Below are positions 1 through 6,428 of a stretch of 32,000 nt of DNA, in pieces. Origin of the DNA: Kineococcus radiotolerans SRS30216 = ATCC BAA-149 (GTDB taxonomy: Bacteria; Actinomycetota; Actinomycetes; Actinomycetales; Kineococcaceae); contig NC_009664.2 of the NCBI RefSeq assembly GCF_000017305.1, positions 1,260,001 to 1,292,000 on the forward strand, given 5' to 3'. The notes beneath the pieces were generated by a model. That model was not told where the DNA came from and made no database searches. It saw only the letters and a program-made list of their open reading frames with translations. The stretch's first letter is position 1; each line of letters opens with the position of its first letter. The position numbers and the translations under genes are program-made.

Positions 1-522
1 GACGGCCTCGCTGGCGCCGACGATCGTGGCCGTGAGGATGCCGACGCCGATGGCGATCTGGAAGAACAGCACCAGGCGCCCGCGGTACTTCGTGGGGGCC
101 AGCTCCGCGACGTAGACCGGGGCGGTCTGGGTGGCGCCGCCGACGGCGAAGCCGAGGACCAGGCGGGCCAGCGACAGCAGCTCCGGGTTCGGGGCGAACG
201 CGGCCCCGAGGGTCCCGACGACGAAGACCACCGCGACCACGAGCAGGGTGCCGCGGCGGCCGCGGCGCTCGCTGAGGCGGCTGCACGTGAGGGCCCCGAC
301 GACCGCCCCGGCGAGGATCGAGGCGGCGATGAGCTGCTCCCAGCCGTTGCCGATCTCGAACTCGTCGCCGATCTGCAGCAGCGCGCCGGAGATGATGCCG
401 GTGTCGTAGCCGTAGAGCAGTCCCGAGATGGCCGAGACCAGCGCGACGACCACCACGGCGCCGGTGAGGCCACCACCGTCGTCCGTGCTGGTGTCGTGCT
501 TCTTCCCGTGCGGGTGGGCCAT
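1..522 (-). CDS. Sugar-porter-family MFS transporter, N-terminal 174 codons (C-terminus lies beyond the window start)
   Basis: Absent from the ORF track because it runs off the edge. My reverse-complement translation from the ATG at 522-520 gives MAHPHGKKHDTSTDDGGGLTGAVVVVALVSAISGLLYGYDTGIISGALLQIGDEFEIGNGWEQLIAASILAGAVVGALTCSRLSERRGRRGTLL...PVYVAELAPTKYRGRLVLFFQIAIGVGIL. This contains the GYDTGxISGA, GRRG and PxYxxExxPxxxRG signatures of sugar/inositol:H+ symporters. Third codon positions are nearly all G/C. Confidence 0.8.
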   Translation of the reverse strand, partial: MAHPHGKKHDTSTDDGGGLTGAVVVVALVSAISGLLYGYDTGIISGALLQIGDEFEIGNGWEQLIAASILAGAVVGALTCSRLSERRGRRGTLLVVAVVFVVGTLGAAFAPNPELLSLARLVLGFAVGGATQTAPVYVAELAPTKYRGRLVLFFQIAIGVGILTATIVGASEAV

Positions 523-612
523 GGGGTTCTCCGACGTCGTCGTGGACGGAACGGGCTCGGCGCCGAACCGGACCCACCCAAGCACCGCGGTGCGCCCGGC
601 GCGCGCCGACGC

Positions 613-657
613 GGGTGGGACGGGCGGGGACGGGCGGGGACGGGCGGGCGGGGCGGG
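613..657 (+). repeat. G-tract array (GGGACGGGCG-type decamer x3 plus extra GGGC units), a G-quadruplex-capable sequence in a divergent intergenic region
   Basis: Read directly: GGGTGGGACGGGCGGGGACGGGCGGGGACGGGCGGGCGGGGCGGG. It has at least 10 runs of three or more G separated by 1-2 nt loops. A CCCGTCC segment complementary to GGACGGG follows at 659-665. Confidence 0.7.
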
Positions 658-695
658 CCCCCGTCCGGGCCCGGCCGGGTGTCGCACCCCCGCCG

Positions 696-701
696 TAGGC
701 T
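696..701 (+). promoter_or_regulatory. Candidate -10 box TAGGCT placed 6 nt before the helZ GTG (leaderless-type arrangement)
   Basis: CCGTAGGCTgcgcggGTG. It matches the actinobacterial TANNNT -10 consensus. There is no Shine-Dalgarno sequence between it and the start codon at 708. Confidence 0.35.
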
Positions 702-707
702 GCGCGG

Positions 708-3700
708 GTGCTGGTCGTCCACGGGCTCTGGACCCGCGCGCAGAGCCTGGCCCTGTGGGTCGAGGCTCCGCGGCGCCACCCCGGTCCCGCCCGCCCGCGC
801 GACCTCGCCGCCCTGGCCTCCCCGGCCCCCGCCGCGGTGGCCCTGGCCGCGGCGCTGGCCCGCCCGGCGACCCGGGCCCTGCCCCTGCTGCTGCCCTGCA
901 CCCCGGCGGGGCGGCCCGCGTCCTCCACCGGCCGGGCCCGCGAGGACCTGCGGCTGCGGCCCGTGGAGGTCGACGTCGTCGAGCTGCGCGGCGCGCAGGC
1001 CCTCGAGGTCCTCACCGAGGTCGGGGCCGGGCCGGCGCCGGTCTCCGACGGGCTGCGCTGGCTCGCGCACGTCGCCGCCGGGGCGCGGGCGGCGGTGCGG
1101 GCCGGGCACGTCGTGCCCGACCTCGCCGACGCGGGGACGGCGCGCGACGCCGCGGCCCCCGCCGGGACGTTCACCGCCCGCTGGGTCCCGCTGCCCGACC
1201 GCGGGTTCCACCGCTGGCGCGCGGCCGTCGCCCAGGCCTGCCCCCCGGTGCTGCGCGCCGAGCGGGGACCCTCCCGCCACGACGGGCCGCCCCCGGCGGC
1301 GGTCCTGCTGGACGAGGTCTGCGCGGTCGTCGTCGACGTCCTCACCGCGCGCGCCACCGAGGGGGTCCGCCCGCACGAGCTGCCGACCGGGGCCGCGGCG
1401 CTGGCCTGGATCACCTCGCTGCACCGCGGGGAGCCCGTCGACGGCAGCGTGCCGGCCGCCGGGCTGCGGAGCTTCGCCCGCCGGGTGCGGGAGTGGCAGC
1501 GCAGCGGCGACGCGTCCGGCTACGACGTCGTGCTCCGCGTCGTCGAGCCCGAACCGTGGGAGGACGTCCCCGAGGAGCTGGCCGACGGGCGGCTCGGCAC
1601 GGAGGAGCCGGACCGGACCGCGGACCTGAACTGGCGCCTGCAGACCCGGCTGCGGCCCCTGGACGACCCCAGCCTGGTGCTCACCCTGGACCAGGCCCGG
1701 GCGGAGGGCTCCCCCGACGGGGAGGACCCGCTGCTGCTGCTGCTCACCGGCACCGCGCGGGCCGGGGCGGTGCACCCGCCGCTGCGCCGGGTCCTCGGCG
1801 GGGCCGGCCGCGGCGACGCGGCCGCCGAGGCGGGGGTGGAGCTCACCCTGGACGAGGTGCTCGACCTCGTCGAGGACGGCGGGCCGAAGCTCGCCGCCGC
1901 CGGGATCGCGCTGCAGCTCCCCCGGCACTGGACGAGGAAGGCGCTGACGTTCTCCCTCAGCGCCTCCGCCGTCCAGCCCGGGGCCATCACCGACCCCCGG
2001 GTGCGCAAGGACGACCTCGTCGCGTTCCGGTGGCGGGCCGCGCTGGGCGACTCCCCGATCACCGAGGCCGAGCTGCTGGCCCTGGCCGCCTCCAAGGCCC
2101 CGCTGGTGCGGTTCCGCGGCGAGTGGGTCCACGTCGACCTCGAGGCGCTGCGGCGCAGCGCGGCCTTCCTGCGCACCCGCGGCAGCGGCCGGGCGTCCCT
2201 CCTCGACGTGCTCTCGACGGTGGGCGGCGGGCGCGACCTGCCCGCCCCCGTCACGGGGATCGACGCGCGCGGGGTCCTCGGGGACGTCCTCTCCGGCGAC
2301 GGCGCCCAGCGGCTGCCGGAGCTGCCCGACCCCCCGGGGCTGCGCGCGACGCTGCGCCCCTACCAGCGGCGGGGCCTGACGTGGCTCGCGGCGATGTCCG
2401 GCCTGGGGCTGGGGGCCGTCCTCGCCGACGACATGGGCCTGGGCAAGACGGTGCAGCTCCTCGCGCTGCTGCTGCACGAGCGGGGCGGGGACCCCGGCCC
2501 GACGCTGCTGGTGTGCCCGATGTCGGTCGTGGGGAACTGGGCCGCCGAGGCCGCCCGGTTCGCGCCCGACCTGCGGGTCCACGTCCACCACGGGCCCGGG
2601 CGTCCCCGCGGCGCGGACCTCGCCCGCGCCGCGGCCGGGCACGACCTCGTCGTCACCACCTACGGGTTGCTCGTGCGCGACGCGGGCGACCTCGCCGCGG
2701 TGGACTGGCACCGGGTCGCCCTCGACGAGGCGCAGCACGTCAAGAACGCCGCGACCCGCCAGGCCCGCGCGGTGCGGGCGCTGCGCGCCCACCACCGGGT
2801 GGCCCTCACCGGGACCCCCGTCGAGAACCGGCTGGAGGACCTGCGCGCGGTGCTGGACGCGACGAACCCCGGTCTGCTGGGCAGCGCGGCCCGCTTCCGG
2901 GACACCTTCGCCGTGCCCGTGGAGAAGCTCGGGCAGGAGGAACCGGCCCGCCGCCTCGCCCTGGTCACCCGGCCCTTCGTGCTGCGCCGGGTCAAGACCG
3001 ACCCGGCCGTCGCCGGCGACCTGCCCGAGAAGATCGAGATGACGGTCCGGGCGAACCTCACCCCCGAGCAGGCCGCGCTGTACCGGCAGGTCGTCGACGA
3101 CCTCGTGCGGCGCCTCGCCGAGGAGGACCCCGACCCGCGCGGGCCCGCGCGGCGCGGTCTGGTCCTGGCGACCCTGACCCGCCTCAAGCAGATCTGCAAC
3201 CACCCCGCGCACTACCTCGCCGACGCCTCCGGGGTCCTGCACCGCGGCCGGCACCGGTCGGGGAAGCTGGAACTGCTGGACGACATCGTCACCTCGGCGC
3301 GGGCGGAGGGCGAGAAGGTGCTGTGCTTCACCCAGTTCGCCGAGTTCGGGCACCTGCTCGGGCCGCACCTGGCCGAGCGGACCGGGGAACCCGTGCCGTT
3401 CCTGCACGGCGGCGTCCCCCGCCGGGCCCGCGACGCGATGGTCGCGGAGTTCTCCAGCGCCGACGGCCCGGGGGTCATGCTGCTGTCGCTGAGGGCCGGG
3501 GGGACGGGGCTGAACCTCACCGCCGCCAACCACGTCGTGCACGTGGACCGCTGGTGGAACCCCGCGGTGGAGGACCAGGCCACCGACCGCGCCTACCGCA
3601 TCGGGCAGCACCGTTCGGTGCAGGTGCGGAAGATGGTCAGCGTCGGCACGGTGGAGGAACGGGTGGACGCGGTCATCACCCGCAAGCGGGGCCTGGCCGA

Positions 3701-3797
3701 CGCCGTCGTCGGCAGCGGCGAGGGCTGGATCGCCGACCTCGACGGGGACGCGCTGCGGGAACTCCTGCGGCTGGGCGACGACGCGGTGGGTGACTGA
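708..3797 (+). CDS. helZ: SNF2/RAD54-family DNA-dependent ATPase/helicase with a long N-terminal region and a bacterial SNF2-associated domain (HelZ type)
   Basis: 1029-aa ORF with a GTG start. Motifs: LRPYQRRGLTWL, ADDMGLGKTVQ (Walker A/motif I), LDEAQHVKN (motif II), LTGTPVENRL (motif III), a C-terminal helicase lobe with GGTGLNLT and DRWWNPAVEDQATDRAYRIGQ (motif VI). The upstream segment FRWRAALGDSPITEAELLALAASKAPLVRFRGEWVHVD resembles the SNF2-associated domain. The gene order with a downstream SWIM protein mirrors mycobacterial helZ. Confidence 0.9.
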   Translation: MLVVHGLWTRAQSLALWVEAPRRHPGPARPRDLAALASPAPAAVALAAALARPATRALPLLLPCTPAGRPASSTGRAREDLRLRPVEVDVVELRGAQALEVLTEVGAGPAPVSDGLRWLAHVAAGARAAVRAGHVVPDLADAGTARDAAAPAGTFTARWVPLPDRGFHRWRAAVAQACPPVLRAERGPSRHDGPPPAAVLLDEVCAVVVDVLTARATEGVRPHELPTGAAALAWITSLHRGEPVDGSVPAAGLRSFARRVREWQRSGDASGYDVVLRVVEPEPWEDVPEELADGRLGTEEPDRTADLNWRLQTRLRPLDDPSLVLTLDQARAEGSPDGEDPLLLLLTGTARAGAVHPPLRRVLGGAGRGDAAAEAGVELTLDEVLDLVEDGGPKLAAAGIALQLPRHWTRKALTFSLSASAVQPGAITDPRVRKDDLVAFRWRAALGDSPITEAELLALAASKAPLVRFRGEWVHVDLEALRRSAAFLRTRGSGRASLLDVLSTVGGGRDLPAPVTGIDARGVLGDVLSGDGAQRLPELPDPPGLRATLRPYQRRGLTWLAAMSGLGLGAVLADDMGLGKTVQLLALLLHERGGDPGPTLLVCPMSVVGNWAAEAARFAPDLRVHVHHGPGRPRGADLARAAAGHDLVVTTYGLLVRDAGDLAAVDWHRVALDEAQHVKNAATRQARAVRALRAHHRVALTGTPVENRLEDLRAVLDATNPGLLGSAARFRDTFAVPVEKLGQEEPARRLALVTRPFVLRRVKTDPAVAGDLPEKIEMTVRANLTPEQAALYRQVVDDLVRRLAEEDPDPRGPARRGLVLATLTRLKQICNHPAHYLADASGVLHRGRHRSGKLELLDDIVTSARAEGEKVLCFTQFAEFGHLLGPHLAERTGEPVPFLHGGVPRRARDAMVAEFSSADGPGVMLLSLRAGGTGLNLTAANHVVHVDRWWNPAVEDQATDRAYRIGQHRSVQVRKMVSVGTVEERVDAVITRKRGLADAVVGSGEGWIADLDGDALRELLRLGDDAVGD

Positions 3798-3799
3798 GC

Positions 3800-4615
3800 G
3801 TGGACTCCTCCTACGGCCGGCGTCGGGCCGGCGGCGGCCCGAAGCTGCGCTCGCAGCGGGGCCGGATCGCGCAGACGTGGTGGTCCCAGCGCTTCACCGG
3901 CGCCCTGGAACGGACCGGGGACGCCGGCCGGCTGGCCCGGGGGCGCACCTACGCCCGCGCCGGGCAGGTCGTGGAGCTGCACCCGCGCCCGGGGGCCGTC
4001 GGCGCCCGGGTGCAGGGGTCGCGCCCGCGGCCCTACCTGGTGGAGATCCTCGTGCGGCGGTGGTCGCCCGCGGAGGTCGAGGCCGTGGTGGCGGTCGTCG
4101 TGGAGAACCCGCTGCTGCTGGCCCCGCTGTTCGAGGGCGACGTCCCCCCGGGTCTGGTGGACCTGCTGTCGAGCACCGGGGTCGAGCTGCTCCCCGAGGA
4201 CGCCGAGGTGGACTACGACTGCAGCTGCCCCGACGACGGCGAACCCTGCAAGCACGCCGCGGCCGTGGTCTACGCCCTCGCCGAGCGCCTCGACGCCGAA
4301 CCCGCGACGGCCCTCACCCTGCGCGGGGTGGAGCTGCCGGACCTGCTGCGGCGCATCACCACCGCCGCCTCCGGCCCCTCCGCCCCCGTGGAGGACCTGA
4401 CCCGGCACACCGCGGACTTCCACCGGATGGCGGGGCCGCTGCCCGACCTCGGGGTCCCCGAGCGGGTCCCCGGCCGCACCGTGGCCGACGACCTGGACGA
4501 CCTCGTGCTGGGCCCGGGCGCGGCGGGCCTCGCCGACGTGCTCCGCCCGTACTACGTGGCCCTGGCCTCCGCGCGCGCCCCCGCGCGCCCGCGCGGGGGG
4601 TCGTCGCGGCGGTAG
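3800..4615 (+). CDS. SWIM zinc-finger domain protein, partner of the SNF2 helicase
   Basis: 271-aa ORF. Its GTG start lies 2 nt after the helZ TGA. The CxC...CxH SWIM signature is YDCSCPDDGEPCKHAAAVVYAL. The N-terminus, RIAQTWWSQRF, is typical of this family. Confidence 0.85.
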   Translation: MDSSYGRRRAGGGPKLRSQRGRIAQTWWSQRFTGALERTGDAGRLARGRTYARAGQVVELHPRPGAVGARVQGSRPRPYLVEILVRRWSPAEVEAVVAVVVENPLLLAPLFEGDVPPGLVDLLSSTGVELLPEDAEVDYDCSCPDDGEPCKHAAAVVYALAERLDAEPATALTLRGVELPDLLRRITTAASGPSAPVEDLTRHTADFHRMAGPLPDLGVPERVPGRTVADDLDDLVLGPGAAGLADVLRPYYVALASARAPARPRGGSSRR

Positions 4616-5334
4616 CGCTGCACGAAACCGCGCAGCAGCGCGGTGGCCGCGGTCGCGCGGGAGCGGCGCAGCCGGGCGACGACCTCGTCGAACTCCGCGG
4701 GGTCGAAGTACCCCTCGTGCCGGTAGACGGTGACCCGTTCGACGATGCCGGCCACGTCGAGCTCGGGGTGGAACTGGGTGGCGTACTGGTGGTCCCCGAT
4801 GCGGAACGCCTGCACCGGGCAGCCCGGGGACCCCGCGAGCACGACCGCGGCGGGCGGGGCGTCCCGGATCGCCTCCTTGTGCCCGACGAACGCGTCGAAC
4901 GTCGCGGGCAGCGCCCCGAACAGCGGGTCGGCGCGACCGGCGGGGGTGAGGGTCACCGGGACCGTCCCGATCGGCTCGCCGTGGGTGTGGTCGACGGTCC
5001 CGCCCTGGTGCACCCCGAGGGTCCCCACCCCGTAGCAGGCCCCGAGGAACGGGACGTCGGCGGCGAGGACCCGGTCCAGCACCCCGGACAGCTCGCGCTC
5101 CACCCGCCGCTGGACGGGCGACTTGGACCCCTCCGGGTCGCTGGTGCAGAACGGGCTGCCCCCCAGGAGCACCCCGGAGAAGTCGTCGAGGTCGAGGTCG
5201 GGCATCGGCTCGCGCTCCAGCCGGACCCGCCGCAGCTCCCCCGGCCCCAGACCGCCGTAGCGGGCGAACGCGGCGAACTCGGAGTCGGCGACGGTGTCGT
5301 CGGCCCGGGTGGCCAGCAGCAGGAAGGGCCTCAC
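4552..5334 (-). CDS. Class-I (type 1) glutamine amidotransferase, GuaA-like stand-alone GATase domain
   Basis: 260-aa ORF with a GTG start at 5334. It has the nucleophile elbow LGACYGVG and the FHPE His/Glu pair. Its 3' end overlaps the convergent SWIM gene by 64 nt. Confidence 0.85.
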   Translation of the reverse strand: MRPFLLLATRADDTVADSEFAAFARYGGLGPGELRRVRLEREPMPDLDLDDFSGVLLGGSPFCTSDPEGSKSPVQRRVERELSGVLDRVLAADVPFLGACYGVGTLGVHQGGTVDHTHGEPIGTVPVTLTPAGRADPLFGALPATFDAFVGHKEAIRDAPPAAVVLAGSPGCPVQAFRIGDHQYATQFHPELDVAGIVERVTVYRHEGYFDPAEFDEVVARLRRSRATAATALLRGFVQRYRRDDPPRGRAGARAEARAT

Positions 5335-5373
5335 GGGCGCACCCTAACCCCGCCGGACGCACCCGGCCCGCGG

Positions 5374-6276
5374 TCAGGGGTGGACGTCGAAGTCGACGTC
5401 GACGGGGGTGGCGGCCGAGGCGATCGGGCCGCTGAGGGGCGAGCCGAACGAGCCGATCCAGCGGGTGGTGCGCACCGAGGTCGCCTGGAAGCGGGTGAAC
5501 CCCGGCGCCTGACCGGCGGCGCAGGTGAGCGGCAGACCGCCCTGGAAGCCGTAGAGGAGCTGGGTGAAGCTCACGGGGGTCGTGACCCGGGTCGCCCCGG
5601 CCGGGACCTCGGCCAGGCCGTCGGCGAACTTCGCCCCGACCGCGAACGTGTCATTGCCCACCGAGCGGTGCTGCACGAACCGCTCGGTGCCGTCGACGAG
5701 GACGCCGGCACCGGTGAAGCACCCGGCGTAGGCGTCGCCGGTGACCGACGTGGCGGTGACGCTCGTGCGGTCCAGCGGGGTGAGCGAGGCGACGACGGAA
5801 CCGGAGCGCACCCGATCGGTGATGCCCGCGGCCACGTCCAGCCGGGCGTCCAGGACGTTGTTGCCCTCGCGCGACTCCGCGATGCGCCCGGCGTCGTCGA
5901 CGACGGCGCGCAGCACGTGCCGGCCCGCGACCGCCGTCCACGCCGGCGAACCCGTCGGCCCGCCCACGGCGGTGAGCGTGACGCTCTGGCCCGGCGCGAT
6001 CGCCTCGGTGCGCTGATCGGCCCAGGTGACGAGGACGCCATCGACCTGGAACCCGACCCCGCTGATCGTGCCCGCCGGGGTGGGCGTGTTCCCGCGGTTG
6101 GTGACGGTCGCGCTGAACAGCACCCGCTGACCGCTGGCCGGAGCCGCCGACCAGTGCACCGCCGTGACGGTCAGGTCGGGCCGGCGCGGTGCGGCGCTGA
6201 CGGCCCCCGCTCCCGCGATCGACCCGACGACGACCACGCCCGCGACCAGCGCGCGGGCCCCCCTGACGAAACGCAC
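5374..6276 (-). CDS. Secreted protein with an N-terminal CARDB-like (cell adhesion related domain found in bacteria) domain and an uncharacterised C-terminal half
   Basis: 300-aa ORF with a GTG start. The signal-peptide-like N-terminus is MRFVRGARALVAGVVVVGSIAGAGAVSAAP. The CARDB pattern is DLTVTAV...GQRVLFSATVTNRGNTPTP...IAPGQSVTL...GRHVLRAVVDDAGRIAESREGNNV. Confidence 0.7.
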   Translation of the reverse strand: MRFVRGARALVAGVVVVGSIAGAGAVSAAPRRPDLTVTAVHWSAAPASGQRVLFSATVTNRGNTPTPAGTISGVGFQVDGVLVTWADQRTEAIAPGQSVTLTAVGGPTGSPAWTAVAGRHVLRAVVDDAGRIAESREGNNVLDARLDVAAGITDRVRSGSVVASLTPLDRTSVTATSVTGDAYAGCFTGAGVLVDGTERFVQHRSVGNDTFAVGAKFADGLAEVPAGATRVTTPVSFTQLLYGFQGGLPLTCAAGQAPGFTRFQATSVRTTRWIGSFGSPLSGPIASAATPVDVDFDVHP

Positions 6277-6378
6277 GGCGTCCCCCCGGACTCCTCGGAC
6301 CTGGGCGCGGGCCTCGCCGCGCTGCGCCCGAGGCTAGCGGCCGCCCGCCCCGCGGGGGCGGGAACGAGAAACCCAGCA

Positions 6379-6404
6379 GGCCCCCGTCCAGGAGGACGGG
6401 GGCC
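6379..6404 (-). terminator. Intrinsic-terminator-like hairpin downstream of glpD
   Basis: Perfect 11-bp stem GGCCCCCGTCC / GGACGGGGGCC with a 4-nt loop, 25 nt past the glpD stop. On the minus strand it is followed by TGCTGGGTTTCTCGTT. A second 8-bp GC hairpin lies at 6344-6362. Confidence 0.6.
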
Positions 6405-6428
6405 TGCGGGGCCGGGAGGGTGCGCGGC

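Noticed and set aside
613-657. Short tandem GGGACGGGCG repeats considered as a CRISPR array or minisatellite
   Set aside because: The units are 10 nt long with no spacers, there are only three or so copies, and there are no cas genes. The tract is better described as a G-tract or G4 motif.
523-707. tRNA, small RNA or riboswitch in the larger intergenic gaps (523-707, 6277-6428, 8136-8249, 16405-16534, 18125-18242, 21062-21164)
   Set aside because: I could find no cloverleaf-compatible sequence or T-loop (GTTCGAATC-like) box, and I recognised no riboswitch core motifs. The gaps are accounted for by promoters, hairpins and repeats.
428-3793. 1121-aa + strand ORF (and the nested 496..1629 ORF, plus 131..409) overlapping the MFS and helZ genes
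   Set aside because: The translation is almost pure Arg/Pro/Gly/Ala low-complexity with no motifs. It is an alternate frame of the clearly motif-bearing helZ frame (708..3797). Long open alternate frames are expected at this GC content.
708-4615. SNF2 helicase + SWIM pair as part of a DISARM/Zorya/BREX-like phage-defence system
   Set aside because: None of the required partners is adjacent: no methyltransferase, PLD or DUF1998 proteins, ZorABC-like genes, or PglZ. The neighbours are housekeeping genes, and the arrangement matches the conserved mycobacterial helZ locus.
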